Positions 50,130 to 58,873 of a stretch of DNA of 64,000 nucleotides are shown here, one piece after another. The DNA comes from Candidatus Neomicrothrix sp. (GTDB lineage: Bacteria > Actinomycetota > Acidimicrobiia > Acidimicrobiales > Aldehydirespiratoraceae): positions 2,448-66,447 of the forward strand of contig JAFMKU010000006.1 of the NCBI GenBank assembly GCA_017852795.1, written 5' to 3'. Position 1 is the first letter of the stretch. The number at the start of each line of letters is the position of its first letter. The position numbers were made by a program, and so were the translations under genes. The notes beneath the pieces are model-generated. The model was not told where the DNA came from. It saw nothing but the letters and a program-made list of their open reading frames with translations, and searched no databases.

Positions 50130-52175
50130 ATGGTCTTCTCGCGCCGCCGGCCCCGCCGCCACCAACCGGCGCGTTTCTCCTACAGCCGATGGGACGGGAC
50201 CCAGACCGGGTTCGAGATCAGCGCCGACGAACTGTTCGACGAGATGGCCGATGAGTTGCTGTACCACGGAGACGTCAACAGTGCGCTGCGGCGAATGATG
50301 CAGAGCGGAATGCGGGGACCTGACGGCCAGCAAAGCGAAGGGATCCGCGACATGCTCCAGAAGTTGCGGGAGCGACGCCGAGACATTCTGGACAACCACA
50401 ACCTTGGTGGGGTGTTCGACGACATCGCCGACGCCCTCCGGGAACTCGTCGAAACTGAACGGGCCGCCCTCAACGAACTAGCCCAGCGTTCCGAAACGGC
50501 GGATGGGGCAGATTCTCAGGATCGCCAAAACGAACTCCGTTCCGATTCGGCAGCGATGAAGAACCTGGAACTGGATTTGCTTCCTCCGGACCTTGCGGGC
50601 CAGGTAAAGGCCCTCCAGGCCTACGACTTCGAGAGCCCGGAAGCCCAACGCCGGTTTGACGAGCTACTTGAGCAGCTACGGGAACAACTCATGCAGCAGT
50701 TCCTTGACCAGGTGGGCGACGGCATCAACAACATGTCCGAGCAGGATCATCAACGGCTCAAGGACATGATGGCTGAACTCAACCACATGCTGGAGCAGCG
50801 GGCGCAGGGGATCCCCCCCGACTTCGAAGGGTTCATGGAGCGCTTTGGTGACTTCTTCCCAGAGAACCCGCAAACGTTGGATGAGTTGCTGGAGGTGATG
50901 GCCCAACGCATGGCCCAGATGCAGCAGATGCTCAACTCGATGACCCCGGAGCAGCGCCGACAACTTGAGGAGCTCAGCAACCAGCTGCTCGAAGACATGG
51001 ACCTGCAATGGCAGATGGATCAGCTCGCCGAGAACCTTCGCCAGCAGTTCCCGGAGATGGGGTGGGGCCAGTCGTACGATTTCGAAGGGTTCGACCCGCT
51101 GGATTTCCCCGACGCCATGGACATGATGGGGGAGTTGGGCGACATCGACCAGCTCGACAATCTGCTCCGCGGGGCCACCAACCCGGGGGCGTTGGCTGAA
51201 GTTGACCTGGACCGGGCCCGCGAGTTGCTCGGCGACGAGGCGGCGGCCTCGTTGGAGCAAATGGCTGACATGGCCAAACGGCTTGAAGAGCAGGGTCTCA
51301 TTGAAAACCGTGATGGTCGTTATGAGATGACGCCTCGGGCCATCCGAAGGATCGGAAACGGGGCGCTCCGAGAGCTGTTCAAACGGATGTCGGCCGACAC
51401 CCTAGGCAAGCACGCCCGGGAGCAGTCAGGACATGGGCATGAACGGGATTTCGACACGAAACCGTATGAGTACGGCGACCGGTTCAACCTAGATCTCGAA
51501 AAGACGCTACGAAATGCCGTCGCCCGCAACGGTGGTGGGGTCCCGATTCGGCTCCAACCGGACGATTTCGAAGTGGAACGCACCGAACAGTTGGTCCGCT
51601 CCAGCACCGTGCTGATGCTCGATGTGTCGATGTCGATGGCTATGCGGGACAACTTTCTGCCCGCCAAGAAGGTGACGATGGCGTTGCAGTCGTTGATTTC
51701 GAGCCAGTACCCCCGGGATTTCCTTGGGATGGTGTCGTTCAGCGAGATTGCGCGGGAGTTCGATGCTGCCTCGCTACCGGAGGTCAGCTGGGATTACGTC
51801 TACGGCACCAACATGCAGCACGCCTTTCAGTTGGCCCGCCGAATGCTGGGCCGCGAGAGCGGAACCAAGCAGATCATTATGATCACCGACGGGGAACCGA
51901 CCGCGCACCTGACGCCTTCCGGCCAACCGTTCTTTTCGTATCCGCCTTCGCAGGAGACAGTGGACCTCACGTTGGCCGAAGTTGCCCGCTGCACTCGTGA
52001 AGACATCCGAATCAACACCTTTGTGCTTGATGAAACCCCGTATCTGCGTAATTTCGTGGAGCAGATCTCTCGGATGAACGGCGGTCGAGCGTTTTTCGCG
52101 ACGAACGAGAATTTAGGGGACTATGTGCTGATGGATTTCGTCGATCACAAGCATCAGTTGATCCGGGGCCGCTGA
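50130..52175 (+). CDS. VWA-domain protein with a long acidic/Gln-rich coiled-coil N-terminal region
   Basis: MIDAS DxSxS in VLMLDVSMSMAMRD. ...IIMITDGEPTA. The ATG at 50130 was chosen; the track start at 49785 overlaps the MaoC gene. Confidence 0.8.
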   Translation: MVFSRRRPRRHQPARFSYSRWDGTQTGFEISADELFDEMADELLYHGDVNSALRRMMQSGMRGPDGQQSEGIRDMLQKLRERRRDILDNHNLGGVFDDIADALRELVETERAALNELAQRSETADGADSQDRQNELRSDSAAMKNLELDLLPPDLAGQVKALQAYDFESPEAQRRFDELLEQLREQLMQQFLDQVGDGINNMSEQDHQRLKDMMAELNHMLEQRAQGIPPDFEGFMERFGDFFPENPQTLDELLEVMAQRMAQMQQMLNSMTPEQRRQLEELSNQLLEDMDLQWQMDQLAENLRQQFPEMGWGQSYDFEGFDPLDFPDAMDMMGELGDIDQLDNLLRGATNPGALAEVDLDRARELLGDEAAASLEQMADMAKRLEEQGLIENRDGRYEMTPRAIRRIGNGALRELFKRMSADTLGKHAREQSGHGHERDFDTKPYEYGDRFNLDLEKTLRNAVARNGGGVPIRLQPDDFEVERTEQLVRSSTVLMLDVSMSMAMRDNFLPAKKVTMALQSLISSQYPRDFLGMVSFSEIAREFDAASLPEVSWDYVYGTNMQHAFQLARRMLGRESGTKQIIMITDGEPTAHLTPSGQPFFSYPPSQETVDLTLAEVARCTREDIRINTFVLDETPYLRNFVEQISRMNGGRAFFATNENLGDYVLMDFVDHKHQLIRGR

Positions 52176-52224
52176 CCAATCAGGTCAACTTGGGCCAAAT
52201 ATCCGGGTTTTCTGGGCAACGGGC

Positions 52225-52254
52225 TTTACAAGTCCGTGGTTACAGTGATGTAAT
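52225..52254 (+). promoter_or_regulatory. candidate SigA-type promoter of the whiB gene (-35 TTTACA, 18-nt spacer, -10 TGTAAT)
   Basis: Direct reading in an AT-richer intergenic stretch about 60 nt upstream of the whiB ATG. Confidence 0.35.
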
Positions 52255-52316
52255 TACACGGATGACAGCAGCGAGGGGGCCGTTGGGGTCCGCTCTCCTA
52301 TCTGCTGGAGGGACGT

Positions 52317-52607
52317 ATGGCTTTTTCGAGCGAGAGATCGACAGCAGAAAACGAGTGGCAAGATCTCGCCAACTGCCTAGGCGTTGATCCCGATCTGTTC
52401 TTTCCTGAACGCGGGGCGTCAACCAAAGAAGCCAAAGAGGTCTGTCGGGGCTGTGTGGTCCGAGGCGACTGTCTGGAATACGCGCTAGGCAACGGTGAGA
52501 AATTTGGGATCTGGGGTGGCATGAGCGAACGCGAACGTCGCCGGATCCGCCGTCAACGCGCCTTGGCGCGTGCTGCGGTCAGTTCCGCCGATGCCACAAG
52601 CGCCTAG
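52317..52607 (+). CDS. WhiB-family transcriptional regulator
   Basis: Four Cys: C...CRGCVVRGDC. GIWGGMSERERRRIRR (WhiB turn plus basic tail). Confidence 0.85.
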   Translation: MAFSSERSTAENEWQDLANCLGVDPDLFFPERGASTKEAKEVCRGCVVRGDCLEYALGNGEKFGIWGGMSERERRRIRRQRALARAAVSSADATSA

Positions 52608-52690
52608 CCGGAACTGATCGGTCGCGGCCTCGTTGGTTAAGCCTCGGCCCTGATCGGGTTGGGCTCAACCACCCGAGGTAGGCTTCGGAC

Positions 52691-52894
52691 ATGAACTTCA
52701 GCGCTCCGGAACTTCTGATCATTCTGATCATCGTCTTGGTTGTCTTTGGGGGCGCGAAGCTTCCGAAGCTGGCCCGTTCGTTGGGTCAGGCACAAAAGGA
52801 ATTCAAAGACGGGTTGACTGAAGGCGTGAAGTCTGAGTCGGTTCAGCCGGACGCTGAGTCGGTTCAGCCGGACGCTGACGAATCCGGAAACTGA
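52691..52894 (+). CDS. tatA: twin-arginine translocase subunit TatA/E
   Basis: MNFSAPELLIILIIVLVVFGGAKLPKLARSLGQAQKEFKDG. Confidence 0.9.
   Translation: MNFSAPELLIILIIVLVVFGGAKLPKLARSLGQAQKEFKDGLTEGVKSESVQPDAESVQPDADESGN
52833..52874 (+). repeat. perfect 21-bp tandem duplication inside tatA (encodes ESVQPDA x2)
   Basis: ctgagtcggttcagccggacg occurs twice in a row, followed by the partial copy ctga. Confidence 0.9.
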
Positions 52895-52920
52895 GTCGGT
52901 TCCGTCCTCTTTCGACCGGA

Positions 52921-52958
52921 CCGGGTTCGCCCGGGTCAATCCAACCCGGGCGAACCGG
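52921..52958. terminator. GC-rich hairpin between convergent tatA and whiB (possible bidirectional terminator)
   Basis: CCGGGTTCGCCCGGG-tcaatccaa-CCCGGGCGAACCGG (one bulged G). Confidence 0.45.
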
Positions 52959-52995
52959 CCAAGCCATCTCGAGCGACCCGCCGTGACCCAGAGGG

Positions 52996-53232
52996 TCAGG
53001 CTGCGCTCGAAATCCTTCGAGCCCGCAGCAGGCGCCGCCGTTGACGCTCGCTGCAACCTCCCCAAACCCCGTGGTCAATCCGGAGGTTCAACGCATAGTC
53101 GAGGCATCGCTCGCTGACTGCGCATTCCGCACAGATCCGCTTTGCGATCTCAACGCCAACGCCGTCGGACGGAAAGAACACATCCGACGACTCCTCATTG
53201 CAACGGCCATCGGCCATCCATTTCGTGTCCAT
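52996..53232 (-). CDS. WhiB-family transcriptional regulator (second copy)
   Basis: C...CAECAVSERC. GVWGGCSERQRRRLLRARR. No AT-hook. Confidence 0.85.
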   Translation of the reverse strand: MDTKWMADGRCNEESSDVFFPSDGVGVEIAKRICAECAVSERCLDYALNLRIDHGVWGGCSERQRRRLLRARRISSAA

Positions 53233-53469
53233 GATGGACCTCCTTGGCTGGGCCGCCGCCCAACCTCCCGCACGGTGATCAATGCCGAAACCTGATCACC
53301 TGAAGCCTCTCTCGCCGAGACTCTCCGCCAATGAGCCTCACCGTAGCGCGAGGTTTTGGCCGCTTGCAACCACCGGGGCAAGCACTCGGTAAACAAGCAC
53401 TGGGAAATTCAGCAGAGCGATCGCTGGCCGTAGGAACACTCGGGGAAACGCACGAGTACACTTCAGGCC

Positions 53470-53754
53470 ATGAGCGATACCGCCGACATTGACGTTGAAC
53501 AAGAACCAATCGGGCAGGCCACCGTGGTGTATCTCGGGCCGACGGCGCCCCACTGGGAGATTCGCACCGTGTTCGGCGACCGTGAAGTCATGGATTCGTT
53601 TCGCAATCGGGTGAACGCACGGTTGATGCTGCTACCTCCCCACGATCCGCAGTTCCGCCGGAATCGTGAACGGGTGAACCGCGACGGCGAACGTGAACTG
53701 ATCTTGGTCGAGTGGGACCTCGGGTATCCCGAGGACGAACCTGTAGGTAGTTGA
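53470..53754 (+). CDS. hypothetical 94-aa protein, translationally coupled to the ROK kinase gene
   Basis: Coding-like third-position GC. Its stop overlaps the next start by 4 nt. No recognisable motif. Confidence 0.45.
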   Translation: MSDTADIDVEQEPIGQATVVYLGPTAPHWEIRTVFGDREVMDSFRNRVNARLMLLPPHDPQFRRNRERVNRDGERELILVEWDLGYPEDEPVGS

Positions 53755-54707
53755 TCGCAGAGATGAGCGGCGGGCACCGAACCATTGGCATTGATCTCGG
53801 CGGAACCAAAGTGCTGGCTGTTCTCGTAGAAGACGGCCAGATCATCGCTCGCGAAAAGCGGGCAACCCCACGAACCGGAACTCCAGAAAATGTGCTGGAC
53901 ACGCTGGTGACCGCAGTGCAGCGAATCGACCCTGACGGGTCGGTTGAACGGATCGGTATCGGTGTACCTGGGCCGGTTGTGCCAGGGACCGGGGTGCTTC
54001 CGGCGGCACCGAACCTGCCTAACTGGGACCATGACGTTCCTGTTGCGCAGTTGATGAGCGAACGGCTCGATGGACGCAACGTGGTGGTCGGCAACGACGT
54101 GAACCTTGGCACCTTGGCCGAGCATCGTCTGGGGGCTGGTCGCGGGGTTGATGATCTGCTTGGTGTGTTTGTTGGCACCGGGGTTGGAGCCGGCCTGGTG
54201 CTTGACGGCCGGCTTCGCCAAGGGCACCGGGGGTTGGCGGGCGAGATCGGCCACACCTTCGTGGCGTTCGCCGACTTCGTTCACGGTGGAGGAAGTGGCC
54301 GCGGCGAACTTGAGGACTACGCCGGCCGTGCCGCGCTGGAACGACGGGTGCTCACCGCGAACCCGGATCGGGCCGAAACCCTGCTCGGATTTCGCCGGGG
54401 TGGTCGCCTGAAATCCAAAGGTTGGGTCGACGCGCTCGAACGTGAAGACCCGCTGGCCCGCGACCTTGTTGATCAGGCCGCTTCGGCGTTGGCCGCTTCG
54501 ATCGCCAGCGCGGTGGCCCTGCTGGACTTGGAGCTTGTGGTGCTCGGCGGAGGTTTCGCGGGTCGCCTCGGAGAACCATTCCGCCGCCAGGTTGAAGGCG
54601 AAGTTCACAAGCGGGCGTTTGCCGGGGCTTCGGCGGCGGTGGTCCATGCCCAACTCGGAGATGTGGCCGGTGCGCTCGGTGCTGCCTTGATGGTGGATGA
54701 ACCATGA
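53751..54707 (+). CDS. ROK-family sugar kinase (glucokinase / possible polyphosphate glucokinase)
   Basis: IGIDLGGTKV, GNDVNLGTLAE, GTGVGAGLVLDG, GEIGH. The usual CxCGxxGCxE zinc motif reads GGGSGRGELE. Confidence 0.78.
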   Translation: MIAEMSGGHRTIGIDLGGTKVLAVLVEDGQIIAREKRATPRTGTPENVLDTLVTAVQRIDPDGSVERIGIGVPGPVVPGTGVLPAAPNLPNWDHDVPVAQLMSERLDGRNVVVGNDVNLGTLAEHRLGAGRGVDDLLGVFVGTGVGAGLVLDGRLRQGHRGLAGEIGHTFVAFADFVHGGGSGRGELEDYAGRAALERRVLTANPDRAETLLGFRRGGRLKSKGWVDALEREDPLARDLVDQAASALAASIASAVALLDLELVVLGGGFAGRLGEPFRRQVEGEVHKRAFAGASAAVVHAQLGDVAGALGAALMVDEP

Positions 54708-56818
54708 CGAGCGAAGCCGAGTTTTGTGAACAACGGGGCGGGGTTGCTCGGGTAGCCGGCTGGGACGACAACGACACCAACATCTTGAATCGGGAACTCA
54801 GTTGGTTGGCGTTCAACGCGAGGGTGCTGGCGTTGGCCGACGATCCGACGGTGCCGTTGCTGGAACGCACTCGTTTCTTGTCGATCTTTTCGAGCAATCT
54901 TGACGAGTTCTACCAAGTACGAGTCTCGGGGTTGTGGGATCAGAAAGCAGCCGGTTTGGTCACCGCGGCTGCCGACGGGCGCTCGCCATCAGAACAGCTT
55001 GAGCTCGTTCGGAGCACGGTCACAGCGTTGATCGCCGAGCAGGAACGGCTGTTTTCCGAAGGCATTCGGCCCGAACTGGCAGCAGAAGGTATCTGGCTGC
55101 TCGACTGGCCCGAACTCACCGTGGATGAACAAGAAACGATCTCGGTTCATTTCCGCGAACGGATCTTTCCGGTGCTTACCCCGCTGGCGGTTGATCCTGG
55201 ACATCCGTTCCCCTACGTCTCGGACCTTTCGCTCAACCTCGCCGTGGTGGTGCGGTCACCGACCGATGGCCGTGAACTGTTCGCCAGGGTGAAGGTGCCC
55301 GACGCGCTGCCTCGTTGGCAGATCGTCAATCAGGGGCGGTACGTGCCAATCGAACAGGTCATCTCGCAGCATCTCGATCAGCTGTTCCCTGGCATGGAGA
55401 TCGTCGATCACCACCCGTTCCGGGTCACCCGCAACGCCGACCTCTCCGACTCGCTCGATGAAGCCGAAGACTTGCTTTCCGCGGTGGAGTTCGAGCTTCG
55501 CCGTCGACGGTTCGGACGGGCCATCCGCCTTGAGGTCGGATCTTCGATTTCTGAATCGGCGCTTCAGTTGCTCCTGCGAGAGTTCGTGTTGGACGAATCC
55601 GCGGTGTACACCATGTCGACCCCGTTGGACCCGACCTCGCTCGGTGAGATTGCGGGGTTGGAACGCCCCGAACACTGCTGGCCGGAGTGGACCGGTGTGG
55701 TGCCGCCCCGACTGCAAGCCGACGAAGAACCGGTGGATGTCTTTGCCGCGATCCGGGCTGGCGACATATTGGTGCACCACCCCTATGACTCGTTCAGCCA
55801 GTCGGTGGTCGAGTTCATTCATCAGGCCGCGATCGACCCTGATGTGCTGGCCCTCAAACTCACGCTGTACCGAACGGCGGGCGAAAGCCCGATTGTCGAC
55901 GCGTTGATTACTGCGGCTGAACGAGGCAAGCAGGTTGCGGTGCTGGTTGAGCTCAAAGCTCGCTTTGATGAGGCGGCCAACATCGGTTGGGCTCGTCGCC
56001 TAGAACAGGCCGGCGCTCACGTCGCCTATGGCCTGCTGGGGTTGAAGATTCATTCCAAGACCTGCATGGTGGTTCGATCCGATCCGGACGGGATCCGGCG
56101 CTACTGCCACATCGGGACCGGCAACTACAACCATCGGACCGCTCGGCTCTACGAGGACATCGGGATCCTCACCTGCGACCCCGAGATCGGTGATGATCTG
56201 GCGTCGCTGTTTAATCGCCTCACCGGCTACGGACGCAACATCAGCTACCGCCGTCTGCTGGTTGCCCCCGATCATCTGCGGTCCGGGATCGAGAAACTCA
56301 TCGAGCAGGAAATGGCCAGCGAGCAGGGACAGATCATCTTGAAGATGAACAGCCTTGTCGATGTAACGATGATCGAAAAGCTCTACGCCGCCTCGCAGGC
56401 CGGTGTGCAGATCGATCTGATTGTGCGCGGGAGTTGCAGCCTTCGGCCCGGCGTTCCAGGGCTCAGCGACAACATTCGGGTTCGTTCGATTGTGGGCCGC
56501 TACCTCGAACATTCCCGGATCTACTGGTTTGCCAACGGATCAGGTCCCGGTACCGCGTCGGTTTACATCGGCTCGGCTGATCTGATGCAGCGCAACCTTG
56601 AACGGCGCATTGAGGTGCTGGTTCGGATAACGAACCCGCAGTCTCAACAGCGGGTATTGGAGATTCTCGATGCGGGACTAGCCGACGAGGAGTTGGCCTG
56701 GGTTCTCAACGGCGACGGTTCTTGGGTGAAACCGCTTGGAGGAAGTGGTGGAGGGATCCATCAGGCGCTTCAAGGGGCGGCTCTGGAACGGGTCCAACGG
56801 GAACGCGACGATGGGTAA
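54704..56818 (+). CDS. ppk1: polyphosphate kinase 1
   Basis: NRELSWLAFNARVL, PLLERTRFLSIFSSNLDEFYQVRV, the phospho-His region GLKIHSKT, and two PLD-like C-terminal domains. Confidence 0.95.
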   Translation: MTSEAEFCEQRGGVARVAGWDDNDTNILNRELSWLAFNARVLALADDPTVPLLERTRFLSIFSSNLDEFYQVRVSGLWDQKAAGLVTAAADGRSPSEQLELVRSTVTALIAEQERLFSEGIRPELAAEGIWLLDWPELTVDEQETISVHFRERIFPVLTPLAVDPGHPFPYVSDLSLNLAVVVRSPTDGRELFARVKVPDALPRWQIVNQGRYVPIEQVISQHLDQLFPGMEIVDHHPFRVTRNADLSDSLDEAEDLLSAVEFELRRRRFGRAIRLEVGSSISESALQLLLREFVLDESAVYTMSTPLDPTSLGEIAGLERPEHCWPEWTGVVPPRLQADEEPVDVFAAIRAGDILVHHPYDSFSQSVVEFIHQAAIDPDVLALKLTLYRTAGESPIVDALITAAERGKQVAVLVELKARFDEAANIGWARRLEQAGAHVAYGLLGLKIHSKTCMVVRSDPDGIRRYCHIGTGNYNHRTARLYEDIGILTCDPEIGDDLASLFNRLTGYGRNISYRRLLVAPDHLRSGIEKLIEQEMASEQGQIILKMNSLVDVTMIEKLYAASQAGVQIDLIVRGSCSLRPGVPGLSDNIRVRSIVGRYLEHSRIYWFANGSGPGTASVYIGSADLMQRNLERRIEVLVRITNPQSQQRVLEILDAGLADEELAWVLNGDGSWVKPLGGSGGGIHQALQGAALERVQRERDDG

Positions 56819-57266
56819 GACGACCGATCGGTTATTTGCCCTCTACCCGAAGGTGTCGATTTGGGCGGCGGGAGGGATCGTCATCCGAAAACCCAAACGT
56901 CACCCTGAGCTGTTGTTGGTCTACCGTTCCGATCGAAACGATTGGACCTTTCCGAAAGGAAAGATTGACCCGGGCGAAACGTTGCGTCGGTGCGCGCTGC
57001 GGGAGGTGCGTGAGGAAACCGGGATCGAATGTCGGACGTTGGACTACGCAGGTGTGGTCACCTACCGCAGCGGACGGCGTCAGCGAAAAGCGGTGGCGTA
57101 CTGGCTCATGCGGATCGAGTCGGGCACGTTCGAACCCAACGACGAGGTCGATGCCATCGGCTGGTTTGATCCGCTCTCGGCGCGGGCCGCGCTGACCTAT
57201 TCACGGGATCGTGAGCTCCTCGACAGAATCCTTCCCGCCGTCCTTTCGTCTACGATCACGACGTGA
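56811..57266 (+). CDS. NUDIX hydrolase (MutT1-like position downstream of ppk1)
   Basis: Nudix box FPKGKIDPGETLRRCALREVREETGI. The ATG at 56811 overlaps the ppk1 stop by 8 nt. Confidence 0.8.
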   Translation: MGKTTDRLFALYPKVSIWAAGGIVIRKPKRHPELLLVYRSDRNDWTFPKGKIDPGETLRRCALREVREETGIECRTLDYAGVVTYRSGRRQRKAVAYWLMRIESGTFEPNDEVDAIGWFDPLSARAALTYSRDRELLDRILPAVLSSTITT

Positions 57267-58873
57267 ACGATCATGACGACGCCTCCCCGTCGGAGCCGTC
57301 TCGAGAGACACGGGCGGGCGCGGAGGGATCTTCAGCGTCACGTCGGGCTCGCGAACAAGCAAGCAAACCGGTGCGATCACCGTTTCAACGGTATGCCAGA
57401 GTCCATGCCATCGGCGCGGCCTCCGATGCCGCGATCGCGGTAACCCTTGCCGGTTCGATCTTCTTTTCGATCAGCCCCGATGACTCTCGGGGGCGGGTGG
57501 CGCTGTACCTGGCGTTGACCATGGCACCGTTTGCCATCGTGGCCCCGCTCCTAGGCCCGGTCATTGACCGCGCCCGGGGAGGTAGGCGGTTCATGGTGGT
57601 TGCCTCGGCGGCGGGACGTTCAGTGCTGGCCTTTCTGATGATCGATTCGCTTGGGTCGCTCTGGTTGTTCCCGTTGGCGTTCGCCATCTTGGTTCTGCAA
57701 AAGACCTATTCGGTAGCGAAGAGCGCCGTGGTCCCTTCGCTGGTTAGCCGCCACGACGATTTGGTGAGCGCCAACAGCCGACTGGCGTTGATTAGCGCGG
57801 TGTCGAGCATGGTCGGTGGTTCGGTTGCCGGGCTGCTCTCCCTGATTGGGGGGCCACCAATGGCGGCCGGGGTTGCCATGTTTGGGTTTACCGGGATGAC
57901 GATGATGGCGTTGCGGATCGCGCCGGTAGCGGTGACGAGCAACGCATCGGAAGCCGAAGACCGAGCGGCACTTCGGGACGCGTCGGTGCTGCTCGCGGCG
58001 TATGCCATCGCGATTCTTCGGGGGATCGTCGGGTTCGTCACGTTCATGCTGGCGTTCGAGTTCCGCGGCGGTGCTGATGGTCTTGACGTGAGCAGCCCGG
58101 GATCGGCGGCGGGAGCAATGACCGCTACCGTTCGCGGAATCGACATCACCGGTGATCCTGCTGCCCCGGTGTGGCACTTCGGGCTGGTGCTGGTCATGGC
58201 TGGCCTCGGCGCGTTCCTCGGAGCCCGGATCGCCCCGCTGCTGCGGGCCCGGATCAGCGAAGTGCACATGTTGCAGGCCGCGTTGGCTGTGGTGGCGTTG
58301 GCGGCCGTGTTCGCGGCGATCTCGTTTGATCTGTTTGGCGCCATGGTGTTGTCGTTCTCGGTGGCGATCGGTGCGTCAACCGGAAAGCTGGCGTTCGACT
58401 CACAGGTGCAACGGTCAGCTCCCGATGCCAACTACGGCCGGTCGTTCGCTCGGTTCGAGACCCGATTCCAGGGGGCCTGGGTGGTTGGGGCGTTCATCCC
58501 GGTGGTTATCCCGTTGAATCTGGCGGTCGGAGGAACCGGTGTCGCCATCGCAGCGGCGGTGGCGCTGGGATCCTTCGTGATTGGTCGTCCGTTCCATTCG
58601 CTGGTTGCCGTGCCGTTTGGGCGGCGTTGGCCGAGACGGATCGTTGGCAAACGGAATCGAGCCCGAGCCGTCGCACCAACCCCCACCCCGCAGGAGAGCC
58701 AGCTCACCAGCGACGATCTTCGGCCGAGCCAACCCGAGGCTCCGGCGGGGACCACCGAACTCGCTCACGGTTGGGAAACCCCGATGGGTCCGACGTTTTC
58801 CTCAGCCGAAGGGGTGGAGTCTGGATTGCCCGACGACGAGTCGACCGAGGACGGTGGCCGGTCAGCCCGGTAG
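57263..58873 (+). CDS. MFS-like polytopic membrane protein with a Pro/Ser-rich C-terminal tail
   Basis: About 10-12 hydrophobic helices. The loop IDRARGGRRFMVVASAAGRSVLAFLM resembles the loop of the MFS gene at 7050. Confidence 0.6.
   Translation: MNDHDDASPSEPSRETRAGAEGSSASRRAREQASKPVRSPFQRYARVHAIGAASDAAIAVTLAGSIFFSISPDDSRGRVALYLALTMAPFAIVAPLLGPVIDRARGGRRFMVVASAAGRSVLAFLMIDSLGSLWLFPLAFAILVLQKTYSVAKSAVVPSLVSRHDDLVSANSRLALISAVSSMVGGSVAGLLSLIGGPPMAAGVAMFGFTGMTMMALRIAPVAVTSNASEAEDRAALRDASVLLAAYAIAILRGIVGFVTFMLAFEFRGGADGLDVSSPGSAAGAMTATVRGIDITGDPAAPVWHFGLVLVMAGLGAFLGARIAPLLRARISEVHMLQAALAVVALAAVFAAISFDLFGAMVLSFSVAIGASTGKLAFDSQVQRSAPDANYGRSFARFETRFQGAWVVGAFIPVVIPLNLAVGGTGVAIAAAVALGSFVIGRPFHSLVAVPFGRRWPRRIVGKRNRARAVAPTPTPQESQLTSDDLRPSQPEAPAGTTELAHGWETPMGPTFSSAEGVESGLPDDESTEDGGRSAR

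Noticed and set aside
52245-52259. CRP/Cmr-type site (GTG-N8-CAC) upstream of whiB, as known for mycobacterial whiB1
   Set aside because: Here the spacing is GTG-N9-CAC and the right half-site is TACAC rather than TCACA, so it does not fit the consensus. The region is reported only as an unexplained repeat and promoter.
52996-53232. WhiB7-like antibiotic-resistance regulator with a leader uORF
   Set aside because: The C-terminus (...RRLLRARRISSAA) lacks the AT-hook (RGRP) that defines WhiB7, and I saw no convincing uORF or attenuator in the leader.
53463-54653. 396-aa minus-strand ORF
   Set aside because: It is antisense to the ROK kinase gene and the 94-aa ORF, and it has no motifs.
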